Positions 1 to 11,925 of a stretch of DNA of 42,006 nt are shown piece after piece. This DNA comes from Jimgerdemannia flammicorona (taxonomy: Eukaryota): the NCBI GenBank assembly GCA_003990765.1, contig RBNJ01000096.1:1-42006 (forward strand), read 5' to 3'. Position 1 is the first letter of the stretch, and each line of letters opens with the position of its first letter. Made by a program: the position numbers and the translations under genes. The notes under the pieces were generated by a model that had not been told where the DNA came from, ran no database searches, and saw nothing but the letters and a program-made list of their open reading frames with translations.

Positions 1-3000
1 TTTATAGTCACTTAGACTCTGCCCTTTATTATCAGTCTATTAATAAGATTATATCATTTCCTCCCACTATCTGATCCCCATAGGGGAACCTCTCTCCACC
101 TCTTCTCAAACAAAGACCACCTTCTTGCCCACTACTCTAACCCTTCCTCCACTCTGTCTACAGATTTTCTCTACCAATTGACGTCTCTGACCACTCTGCA
201 ATTCCCAACCCTGTCACCAGCCAGTCAAAGTATCCTCCATAAGGCTATGCCACCACAGCAGCTGGACCCCTAAGTCCAGCCTCCTCCTCTCTTCAAAAAC
301 AAAAAGCCAGTGGCTGGCCAGCCCTACCTATATAGTAAGAGCCCAGTCTAATGTGATCCATTCCTTTCCCACCCCCCCCACCAGTCTATCTCTCAGATCT
401 GCCCACTGCCCCCACATACCACCTTCTAGGTTTCCTATCCCCAAGTGAACCCCAACAGTCTACCAAAAGTCACCAAGTACTTCACACTCTCCTAGCCAAT
501 GTTCAGGTATCTGCACATATCCTCCTTCTATTCCCACATTATAGCACTCCTTATAGTCGAAACAACCTTCCTCGATAAGATGATCCATGTAATAGTTGAG
601 CATTATATTCCTCCTCAGCATGTGTCACTAGGTCACCCAGTACTTTGGTGGCATCCATCTCCTCACCTTTGCACTCCAGGCCCAAATGTCATACCAGGCC
701 CAATTTTCTCCAATTCCAACACCTTGCCAACCACCGGGCCACAGATCCTGGCCTGGTCCCCTCTGGCAATCTATTCCATCACTAATGTCGAACTTGAGTA
801 AGGGAGCACTACCCAGTAGTATCTGGTCCCACCTCTATATTGCTTGGTCCCAATCTACCTTCCCTTCATTTTCTTGCCAATGAATGCCAATACAGTACAC
901 TCCTTCTGCCACCCCCCACCAGAAGCCTCTATATCTCAATTGTGCAGTGTTCCTAAGACCAACCAAAGGTAGGAGGTCTCCAGTTAAGCCTTGCAGTGAG
1001 GTTCTCATCTTCTAGACCTTCTGTAGTAGGGATACCCAATCTCCCCCTCTCAGCTCCATAGCTCTCTTCATCTACCATACTCTCAAACAGTGAAGCCTCT
1101 TTGAAAAATCAACCAGCCCAAGTCCACCACTTGCCACTGATAGAGACAAGACCTTCCAGCTGATATGGCTCCTTCTTCCAGCCCAGATCCATCTCTTGGC
1201 TAGCTTCAACAATCTCTTCACCACCCAGGCTGGGAAGTCTAGATGATAAGCCAGATACCACAACTTCAGCAACCAGTATACATTCAAAATTGTGACATGC
1301 CCTGCTAGGGACAATTGATGGCCCCCCCAACTCTACAGGGTCTCTCCCTAGATTCCAACCCACTATTCTCACCAAAGCCTGGGTAGAACCAATCCATATA
1401 CTGATAGAAAGATACCCAAGTATCTCACTGTCTCACCAGTAGGGATGATCATTCCAATAACCTCCCCTCCCACCAGACCATTGCCTAACACCATTGTCTC
1501 ATACTTATGCCAGTTGAGCTTTGCCTCAGAATTCTCCTCATACTACTCTACTATCTCCTTGAGTTCCTTAACATCAGCAATCAATCTCAGTCTGACCACC
1601 ATATCATCCACAAAGACCCCTACTTTTTACTCAATGCCAAAGATGGAGAGCCCCACTATCTTCTGCCTGATTCTATTCATTAAGGGTTCCAGTGATAGGG
1701 TATATAGAATGGGGGATAGTGGGTCCCCCTGGGGTACCCCTCTGCCTAGGGGAAATACTACCCCTCTATGGCCATTATATATGAGTACAGCCCTACTCTC
1801 TTCCAGTAGGCCAATTATTGCTGACTAGAACTGGTGTAGAACCCCAGTCCTATCCAATACTTTTACCAACCAGACTCGCTGCACCTGGTCATAAGCCTTC
1901 TCCTGGCTCCTGGTCCAAAAAGACCAGGTATCCATCTAATCCATATGCTCACACCCCTTCAATAACCCCATGTATCCAGGCTATGCCATCCCTAATGAGC
2001 TGGCCTTCTACAAAGCCCCACTGCTCAATGTCCAAGACTTGCTGGGCCACCTTTTGTAGTCTTGCAACCACTACCTTAGTAACCAACTTTCTGTCCATAT
2101 CCAGCAGCATAATTGACCGCCAATTCTTCTAATCCTTTTGCCTTTCTTTGTTCTTATAAAGCAATGTCACCAATCCCAGATCCTGTTCTCCCACCCATTT
2201 CCCTGTCTGTAGAATGAAATCACATAGTGTTGTCATCTCTCTCAGTACTCCTGGGATCCCCACCATCTTCTTCCAGAAGTCCCAGGGCAAACTGTCCTCT
2301 CTAGACACTATACCCAGCAATGTTGCAACAAGAACCTGGTGGATCTCCTTTTCTTGTACAGGCAGCACCAAGTCTCCCACCCCATCTATGTACAGGGGGT
2401 ACCAATCCTCTAATGTATGGACAATGGCATTGGCATCCACACCACCCTCCTCCTCACTCCACAAATCATTCCAATGCTCCTTTAGAGATCCAAGAATGTC
2501 ATGTATACCATACACCAGTATACCATCTGAGTCTAACACCCCCTCCCACCTCTGCTGCACTCTTCTCACCTGAAGAGCTCTTGAGAGATACTTTGAGGGT
2601 CACTCTCCTTCTTCCAAACCCTGCCAACAGAGATGCACTACCAAGCTTTGCACCTTCACCTCTTCCTCCTCCCACAATATCTGTTGCAGTTCACCAACCT
2701 CCTTTTTCACCCTCATAGATCTCCAATTTTCCTCTCCCTCCAATGTTACCAGCCTCACCCAATCCTCCAAAAGCCTAGACAGTCTATTAGACATCCATCA
2801 CACTCGTTGTCTCCACTGTTTTCCAGCCTCCTTGCCAGCCTCACTTCAGTAGGTCCTGGCCATCTCTTTCATCCATAACCACTGAACACCAACTGGAGCA
2901 CCTTCTCATCTCCAGCACTCTACCCTCAGCTGAATGTCTGCAGCCCACTCATCCCACCAGACCTTATCATCTAATAATGAGGAATTGAGGCACCAATGTC

Positions 3001-5862
3001 CAGGCCCATCCCCACTCCCCCCAAGCTGCCCCTGTCCCAAAAGCCCCCAATAATCTGACCAAGGACACCATTCCACCTCCAGTGACTTCCAAACATCTAA
3101 GCCCCAGTAGCTGGCCATCAGGATCTAGTCGATCCTCATCCCCAAGCCCCCTGCCCAATGCATATATACCCTCCTATCTCCCCAGCACTCTCTGCCTGTA
3201 TCTACCAGAGCACTCAGCCTTTCCACTTCCTCCCATGCTGCCAGTCCACCACTCTGACTCTCAGCTCTCTGCCCTTCATCTGTTCTATCTAACAATATAT
3301 CTCAGACCATATTGTAGTCTCTACCCAGTATATCCACTCCAGCCTTCATGAGGATCCCACTCTCCTGAAGGCCCTTCACTCAATCCACATGCTCACCCCA
3401 TACTGCAGGGCAGTAGCAAGAGTCCACTGTGACTAGCTCCCATCCTGAACATATCCACTTACCCCAGACCAATCTATCTCCCCAGCTCTGCATATCCCTT
3501 ATCTTTCCTCTGCCTTTTCTCACCAGAATTCCAACCTTGCCTTTTCAAACTGCCTCACCTCCCCATTTCTTTGTTCATTCTAGTCTATCCAAATTATCAT
3601 CACATCTGATATCCTGTAAGAGGAAGAGATCAGCCTCCAATCCCTTCAGCCAAGTAAAAATATTCCTGTATCGAACCACACCCCATAGCCCATTCATGTT
3701 CAAAGAGAAAATGTTGATTATACTATTCATATTGAAGTATTATATAGTGATCCAGTCCAATCCTACTGCTCCATGTTCATCTCTTTATGAGCCAAATCCA
3801 GATTATGTTCTGTAATCACTGTCTCCTCCTCTGCCTGCTAAGCCTCCAATCCTGCCAACAATTCATTCATCTCCCCATCTGCCTTCTCCTCAAACTCCTC
3901 ATGGTACTCTAGGTAGGCCTCCTGCTAGAGCTGCAGTCTATGTCACTTGGCCCAACAGTATTTGGCCCTCTCACCAGCAATCCCTGCTAGCTCAGTCTCC
4001 CGCTCCTCATCCACTTCATATCCTTCCTCCTCCAGATATACTGCAAGGATCTCTGCCTTCAATGCCAACTCCACACTTTCTCCCTACAAGACCTGTGCCC
4101 AATGCTCATTGCTCATCACTCTCAAGTCCACCTCCCCCAGCTCTTCAGCCATCAGATTATTCATCATTCTACACATCCAGAGTAGGTTTCCTACCTCCTT
4201 CCCTCTTGGAGTTGCCGGTTGCCTGCCCTCCAACATTGTGGTATCAGCCCTGGCACTCGCAGCCTCATCCCACACCTCCAGGACATCCACTAGTTCCTCC
4301 TCACCAATGGCCTCTATCTGTCCCCCATTTGCCACCTCAGGAACTCCAAATTGCACTTTCTGGGCCCCCTTCATAGGCACATTCTCTCCCACCCTGCACT
4401 GGAAAGCCAGACCTCTCCTGATAAGAGAGGTAGGGGTAGGCAATCCCTCCCAGTCTTCTTCCCAGACCTCAAGTATACTATCAGTATATGGGTCACTACC
4501 AGCTGCCTTCCCACCCTCTCTTGATCCATTCTCCATACCCCTACTATCTTTGCCAGCCCAGATGCTTACTTTGGCACCCCCCATTTCCACCATTCTATCT
4601 GCCTCCTTCTATGGTCAACTCTCTATCTTAGCTAGTAGTTCCTTCTGACACTTACATCTCTGAGCTTTTTCCCATTGTACCTTGTCTACTCTAATTCACT
4701 TTCCATCCACTACCTCCAAGTGTATTAACTCCTTGAAAGCCTTCCAAGCCTTTACCCACCTCTCCACTGCTCCACTCAGTTCTTCTAGTGTCTCCAGCAA
4801 GTTCTCTTCCTCCTCCTCACTCCTCTTCACCCTCATCACTTTGCACAAGATCACCCCCCAGACCATCTCTGATGGCCAGTCTCTTGTCTTCCTAGTAGCT
4901 TCTTTCCCTGCCAGCTGAATCCACACATCCACATCTCCCATCCTGAGTGAGGTCCCCTCCTAGACTCTGAACCTGATATCCACCATCTCACTATACTCCA
5001 CCATGACCTCTTCAACTCTCCTTCTCGTCTCCATTGCCATCACTGTGGGCACTCCTTTCACCAGCAGTTGGACTACCCTAGGGTCCTACTTCAGACAACA
5101 TGCCATTGGGACACACACCTCTCCAACTATCAATCCAACCTTCAGTGCTTCCTCCAGGGGCTCGGCCTCCTCAAAACCAATCTCTGCTCCCTCTAATCCC
5201 TTTAGAAACTTCATAGATACAGCTCCAGCCACCTGCTTAGTGATAAGCCTCAGTACTATTTTTACCATCACTGCTAGGCCCTGGAAGCACAATGTCACCA
5301 CAAATACCAAAATCGATTTCTTGAGTAATGGAGCCACTGCTAGGCCCATCACACTGTCTGCTAAATCTCCTTGTCTTCCAAGCCTCAGTCACTCAGCCAT
5401 ACTATTAGTGGTCATATCTGGATTTTTTTCCAGATTAGCAGTTCCATCACTATTAGCCATCATAGTCCCCCCAGCCACTCCTCCCCCAGCTCTACTGCTC
5501 TCACCACCAAGAGCTGCTCCCCCACAAATGGCTGGTTTCTCCATCTCCTTGCCTTTTCACAGCCAGCCCTCCAGTTCAGTTGTCTGCTGCCTCTCCTTCA
5601 CTGTCTCCACAAAGCTCACTCTACCAGACCCCTGTCCTCCCCCACTGCCTTCTCCCCCACCTCATCCTCCTGCCAACAACCTCCTTATACCTCTCTCTAG
5701 GCCAGGACCCCTCTCCACCTGCTGCCAGTCAAATGCGCTAGGGCCACTCTACCCAGTATGCACCCCAGATTGCTTGTTGCTTGTCATTATCTTAGTACCT
5801 TTCTCCAATAAATGACTTGAAAGTGTGTGGTAAAGTATATGTAATGTGAGTAGTAGCTGGAA
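1..5862 (-). mobile_element. Full-length L1/Tx1-clade LINE, copy 1 (inactive; ORF1 ~5787-3763, ORF2 ~3730-67)
   Basis: Reverse complement is colinear with copy 2 (9779-15661) end to end. The 3' end AATAAAGGGCAGAGTCTAAGTGACTATAAA sits at window position 1. Minus-strand ORF fragments match ORF2 (SLAGHVTILNVYWLLKLWYLAYHLDFP, GLVTLLYKNK) and ORF1. Many stops. Confidence 0.95.
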
Positions 5863-6289
5863 TTAATATATTGTAAATAATTAAGATAACTATTAGCTCT
5901 AAGTTCTGAGTATTGTAAAGAAGTACTAAGTATAGTCCAAGTATTGCTTTTGGATTCTTGTACTGGTGAAAGTGCTTTGCTTGTATTTTAAGTTGATTAG
6001 ACTTAGAATTATTAATAAGTTAGATCTAAGAATTCTGTAATAAGAATATTACTTTATTCTTATATTTAGAGAAAATAGAACTAAGGTTACAATATACTCA
6101 GTATAGAGAATATTTATATAGATTTAAAGCTATATATAACTAAATATAGTATACTGAATATATCTAAATAGCTATATTATATTCAGTATTTATAACTACT
6201 AGTTAGAAATTCTGTAGAAATTTTTATAGAAATTTCTATTAGAATTTCTATTAGAAATTTCAGTAGCTTATATATAATAATTTATTATA
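5863..6289 (-). repeat. LTR-like repeat (family c) with adjacent polypurine tract
   Basis: Aligns to 31625-31907 + 33149-33349. The minus strand reads AAAAAAGAGAAGAA (6290-6303, PPT-like) immediately before TATAAT (TGTAAT after G>A). TATAAATA on the minus strand near 6111-6118. Confidence 0.6.
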
Positions 6290-6884
6290 TTCTTCTCTTT
6301 TTTATCTGAACCTTCTTATATATTAGATTTAGTACTAAACTCTAGATATTTATCAAACTAAAATATAGTATACTAAACTACTTAAAAAATAATATTGTTC
6401 TATTATTCATTACTCAAATTAGCAATATTCTTAGAGGATACTCTATAGAGGTAGTTGAGAACTTAAGGTCAGATATAGAAAAGGACATAAAGTCTTTTGA
6501 CAATAATATAGATATAGTTGTCAATGAAAAGACAGACTTATTGCTTAGTACTGCTGAGAGTAGCTTATTAATAGATAAGATATCTAATCTCATAGTACTT
6601 CTTTAATTCCTATTAGTAATAGAAAATCTGAAAATATTAAATTCTTCTAAGATATTATTAGACTTTATTTGGATCTGAGTCTTCAGAGATTTATATATTG
6701 ATAGAGAGTTTCTTGATAGTATATATATATATACTGCTCTGATTTCTGAATTAACTTCTTTACTTAGATAGTAGAGATGATATTGTATTTGAGTTTTGGC
6801 TTTTTTCTTAATCTGTTCTAACTATAGCTTAATATATTCTAGAGATTATATTAGTTTACCAGTCAATATATAGGTTTTTTTAAG

Positions 6885-7497
6885 TGAGCCAGGATTTTCT
6901 GAGAATGAGATTGTATTCTGAAAGATATATAATGTAAAAGGGGGTTTTGTACAGATACCTGAACATTGGCTAAAAGAGTGTGAGATACTTGGTGATTTTT
7001 GAATTGCTATAGGGGAGTATTTGAGAGTTCAGAGGATGGAAGATGTAGTGGGGGGCTATTGAGAGAACTTGAAGGTATGGCTTATAGAGAGAGTAGAGAA
7101 TGAGTAACTTATATATAGCTGAACCTTAGCAATTTGAGTGAGACTGACTGAGCATTAGATCTTTATATTTGAGGAAGAGTGGTAGTTGAGTCTTACTGAA
7201 AGGTTGTCAAGATGAGATGGATTGATGGAGAATCTCTTAACTAGCTAATAGGTGGGCTGGGGGACCTTAGGGTAGCTACCATCACTAGCTCATTGATAGG
7301 GTCTGCTGATAGAGTGGGGGGTTGAGTGGAGGTAATTACAGGCTGAGTGGTATTCAAATAAGTAGAGATTAAGGAGGTCCCTCCTAGGAGAATTAGATAG
7401 TGAGCAGGGTTGGATAGTATATGATATTGTATTTCTCTATATAGATTGCTTAGTAATAAAGGAGTCTAAGTGATTATAATATATATATATATATATA
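6885..7497 (+). mobile_element. 5'-truncated 3' fragment of the same LINE family (diverged subfamily), ending in (AT)n
   Basis: Encodes GGFVQIPEHWLKECEILGDF like copy 2 (GGYIQTPEYWLEECEVLGDF). Ends AATAAAGGAGTCTAAGTGATTAT followed by an AT dinucleotide run. Confidence 0.9.
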
Positions 7498-8742
7498 ATG
7501 TGGAATATCTGCTTTATAGTATAGTCTCTTAGTTGTAGAAATATATTTTTGTAGATTTTAAAGAGTTTCTGAGTTGTTCTATTTTCAAATATAGTAATAT
7601 TTTCTTCTGAATTTCTTTATATCTTGAGTCTGAACTTGTCAGTAGTCTCTTGTTAAAATAATACTTATTTGCTCTACTATTAATGAGAACTTCAATAAAG
7701 CTTCCTTTGATTTTTCTTTATAGATAGATATATTCAGAGTTGTCTTTTTACTAAGTAGTAATTATTTCTAGAGAGCCTTCTTCTTTCTAATCTTATATAT
7801 CTCTATCTTCTTTATTGATGTTCTTAATTTCTTTATTCTATTATTCTGAGATAGTTAACTTATATACTTTTTGAATTTGAGAATATTATAATATATTCTC
7901 TGATATATTCAAAATATATATCTTAATTTTATAAGATCATCATCCTATAGAGACATATCTATCTATAATGTGCTGATACTATTTCTGATCTCAGTCTTGA
8001 GATTTTTTAATATGAATAATCTTCTATATCTTAGTCTTCTCCTTGACCTTGTCAGAGTACTTTTCTGTTGATCTAAAAGTTTTTCTCTTCTATTAGAGAG
8101 TAATAGTTTATTTGTTTCTTTGACTTCAAGATTATTATATATTATCTTAATGATGGCTTAAGTGATTCATTTTTCATATATAATTTCAACTATCTTCTAT
8201 CTAGTGTTATGTAGTAAGACCTTGATTTCATCTTTGAATTCTTAATCTATAACTTCTCTAGCTATATAGAGTCTCTCTTCCTTAGCCAGACTACTCTTTT
8301 CTATAAGACAGATATAGAATTCTTTAGAGATCTCTATTCTAATATCTATGCTAATAGTTGCTTACTTATTTAGTTTAATAATTACTTTTATGCTAGAGTA
8401 GAGATTATAGCTAATATCAGATTTATATACTTTGTCTGGGATTTTTGCAGTGATATAGAATCTCTTGATCTTGATTTTTTTAGAGATTCTTTTGAGATTA
8501 TCTCCTATTATAGTGATAGTATATGAGAAGAATAGTTTTTTTATTTATAATGATCTTTTGTTAGAGTATTTGCAAGATATATATCCTCTCTTTTTATAGT
8601 GAAAATATGCTTCTTTTTTCATAAGCTCTTCTATTTCTTTATCAGATAGTTTCTTAAATCTATCTTGTGATCTTGAGGACTTATTTTAAGATTTATACTT
8701 CTTCTCAAATTGATATTATTTATCTCCTTTAATTATTTCTAT
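7498..8742 (-). mobile_element. Ty3/gypsy-type retrotransposon relic, part 2: gag zinc knuckle - dUTPase - aspartic protease
   Basis: Manual minus-strand translation gives KLSDKEIEELMKKEAYFHYKKRGYISCKYSNK, which becomes CxxCxxxxHxxxxC on reverting transitions (8566-8607). Then dUTPase motifs at 8063-8475, then KIKGSFIEVLINSRANKYYF (=VLIDSGA protease active site, ~7657-7714). Confidence 0.85.
8063..8475 (-). pseudogene. dut: Trimeric-family dUTPase domain encoded by the retrotransposon (degenerate)
   Basis: Reads IKIKRFYITAKIPDKVYKSDISYNLYSSIKVIIKLNK*ATISIDIRIEISKEFYICLIEKSSLAKEERLYIAREVID*EFKDEIKVLLHNTR*KIVEIIYEK*IT*AIIKIIYNNLEVKETNKLLLSNRREK/FRSTE. All five dUTPase motifs (AGYDL, RSGLA, GVIDxxFxGEI, GxRIAQ, RGxxGFGSTG) are recovered almost entirely by reverting G>A/C>T changes, plus one 1-nt deletion in motif 5. 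Confidence 0.9.
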
Positions 8743-9868
8743 TAGTGCTTCCAAATAAATTAAATTAATTTAAATTAAATTGAATTGAAAGTCATTCAAA
8801 TTGAATTAAATTAGGGATTTTTAAATTTGAATCAAATTTAAATCAAATCAAATTCAAATCAAATTAAGATCTAATTTAATTTGATTGAATTGAATTAAGG
8901 TCTGATTTAATTTAAAATATTTATCCTAAATTCAAAATATAATAACTCAATAGAAATATATCCAAATTTAATATTCTTTATTATACTAGATTCTCTATTA
9001 TAAGGTATTTGAACTAGTACTCCTAAACAAATTAAATCAATTCAAATTAAATCAAATTGGAGATTTTTTAATTTAAATAAAGTTCAAATTGAATTGAGGG
9101 TCTAATTTGAACCCTATTTTTCAAAATATAATACTTCAATAAAAATATATTCAAATTTAATAATTATTAGCTTTTTAGATTTCTCTTATATATAGAGAAA
9201 TCTAATAAGCTAAAGATCATTAGATTTGAATATATTCTTATTGAGTTATTATATTTCAAAAAATAGAGTTCAAATTGAATCTTGAATTAAATTAGACCTT
9301 TGATTTAATTTGAATTAAATTGAATTAGATCTTTGATTTAATTGAATTAAATCAAATTTGGATCAATTTAATTTTTTTTTTTTTTTTTTTTTTTTTTTAA
9401 TGGACTCATAGTCTTGCAGATTTTTATTAGAAGAGAACCTAGACTATATAGGCCAAAACCCTCCCCCACCACCCACTGAACAATATCTCCCCATTAACCT
9501 AGGCTACTAAATTGTCCAGCAGTTCCACCACTCCAGCTATACCTGTCAAATACTGGCTATATTGACTCCTATAATATAGACTAGACTTATCTGCTCACCA
9601 GAGCTGGATCATCATTTACACATGAGAGCACACCTATGCATCAGATCTAGCAGCACTAGGATTGAATAAAGAATAGTCTCCTGAACTCTAAAAGAAAGTC
9701 TAAGGTAAAGAAAAAAACCTCCCAACTAACTAACAGAGAGTAAAGCAGATTCAAAGCAGGTGAGTAAAGAACTTATATATAGCAGACATCTCTTTCCAGT
9801 ACCATTCAGGTTACACAATCTTTGGAAGGTACTTTCAACATCATTTTCGGTGAAAAGAGACTAACAAC

Positions 9869-11892
9869 ATAGCAACCGACAGACAACCTGAGGTGCATAC
9901 TGGGCAGGGTGGCCCAAGCGCTTTCGACTGGTAGCAGGTAGGGAGGGGTCCAGGCCTGGGGGGAGGTATGAGGGGCCTGCTGGCGGGTGGACATGGAAGG
10001 GGTGGAGGAGGTGGTGGAGGAGCAGGATCTAGGAGGGCAAGCTTCACGGAGATGGTGAAGGGGAGATAGCAGGTATTAGGGCTGGAGGGCTGGCTGAGGA
10101 AGGGCAAGGAGACCGAGAAGGCAACAGCACCGGGGGGAGTGGCCCTTGGAAGGGAGGGTGGTGGAGCTGGGGGAGGAGTGGCTGGGGGGGGTGTGACTAC
10201 TGATGGTGTTGAGACTGTCGATCTGGAAAAAAATCCAGATGTGATGGCTGATGGCGAGGCTGAGCAACTGAGGCTTAAAAGACAAGGGGACATGGCAGAT
10301 GGTGTAATGGGTCTGGCGGTGACCCCATTACTCAAGAAATCAATTTCAGCATTCGCAGTCACACTGTGCTTCCAGGGCCTGGCAGTGATGGCGAAAATGG
10401 TGCTAGGGCTCATCACTAAGCAGGTGGCAGGTACAGTATCTGTGAAGTTTTTGAAGGGACTGGAAGGAGTGGAGGTGGGTTTTGAGAAGGCAGTACTGCT
10501 GGAGGAGGTGCTGAAGATTGGATTGGTGGTGGGGGAGGTGTGTGTTCTGATGGCACGGTGCCTGAAGTGGGACCCCAGGGTGGTCCAACTGCTGGTGAAA
10601 GGAGTGCCGATAGTGACAGTGATGGAGACAAGGAAGAGAGTTGAGGATTTCATAGCAGAATATGGCGAAGTGGTAGATATCAGGTTCAGGGTCTGGGAAG
10701 GGACCTCGCTCAGGACTGGTGACATGGATGTGAGGATTTGGCTGGCTAGGAAAGAGGCCACTGAGAAGGCAAGGGATTGGCCATTGGCAATGGTCTGGGG
10801 AGCAATCCTGTATAAGGTGACAAGGGTGAAGGGGAGTGAGGAGGAGGAGGAGGATTTACTGGAAGCACTAGAAGAGCTGGGTGGTGCTGTGGAGAGGCGA
10901 GTGAAGGCATGGGAGGCTTTTGTAGAGGTGACGCACTTGGAGGTGGTGGATGGAAAGTGGATTCGAGTGTCCAAGGAGTAGTGGGAAAGAGCTCAGGGGT
11001 GTAAGAGGCAGAAGGAGTTGTTGGCCAAGCTGGATAGCAGACCACTGGGGGAGGTGAGCAAGGTGAAGGGCACAGGGGGAGCTGAAGCAAGTGTCTGGGC
11101 CGGCAAGGGGGAGGGGAAGGACAAGAAGAAGGCGGGAGAGGACAAGAAGAAGGCTGGGAAGGACCCGTATGTAGATGGTACACTGGAGGTGTGGGAGGAG
11201 GACTGGGTGGGCTCCCCTACCCCTACCCCTCTCATCAGGCATGGCCCGGCTTCCCGGATTAGGGTGGTAGAAGATGTGCCAATATGAGGGGCCCAGAGGG
11301 TGCAATTCGGAGTTCCAGAGGTGGCATATAGGGGACAGGTAGTGGTGGCTGGCGAGGAGGAATTGGTGGATGTCCCAGAAGTATGGAATGAGTCTGCAAG
11401 TGCTGTAACTGACACCACAATATTGGATGGAGGGAGGCTGGTGACTCCGGGGAGGAAAGAGGTGGGGAACTTGCTTTGGATGTGCCGGATGATGAATAAC
11501 CTGGCAGTGGAAGAGTTGGGGGAAGTGGACTTACGAGTGATGAGTGATGAGCATTGGGCAGGAATACTGCAGAGAGATAGCATAGTGAAGGCATTGAAGG
11601 TAGAAATTCTTGTGATGACCTGGAGGAGGAAGGGTATGAGGTGGATAAGGAGCAAGAGGAGGAGATGGCGGTTGTTGCTGGAGAAAGGGCTGAATACTGC
11701 TGGAACAAGTGACATGGACTATAGCTCTGGCAGGAGGCATGTATCGAATACCAAGAAGAGTTTGAGGAGAAGGCCGATGGCGAGATGAATGAACTGCTGG
11801 CTGGATTGGAGGCTCAGAGGGCAGAAGAGGAGGAGGTGGCTGCAGAATGTAATTTGGATAAGGCGCAGGAGGAGATGAGCATGGATCAGTAG
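9869..11892 (+). pseudogene. LINE ORF1 (~670 codons; RRM-like region plus acidic/coiled C-terminus), disrupted
   Basis: Start codon is ATA here but ATG in copies 1 and 3. Contains VQLLVKGVPIV...IAEYGEVVDIRFRVWEGTSLRTGDMDVRIWL, resembling the RRM region of L1/Tx1 ORF1p. In-frame stops and one frameshift near 11616 relative to copies 1 and 3. Confidence 0.8.
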
Positions 11893-11925
11893 AGGCTGAT
11901 TGACGACATCATATATATCATCAAT

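Noticed and set aside
8750-9370. AATTG/AATTC pentamer arrays as telomeric or centromeric satellite
   Set aside because: They are confined within TIR- and TSD-bounded MITE copies.
9841-10974. Long antisense ORFs (377 aa here; also 5003-5815, 3947-4648, 10993-11715, 23133-23588) that look conserved between copies
   Set aside because: They are shadows of LINE ORF1. The G-rich, C-poor sense strand seldom has in-phase TTA/CTA/TCA, so the opposite strand stays open. The products are low-complexity S/P/T and their end points differ between copies.
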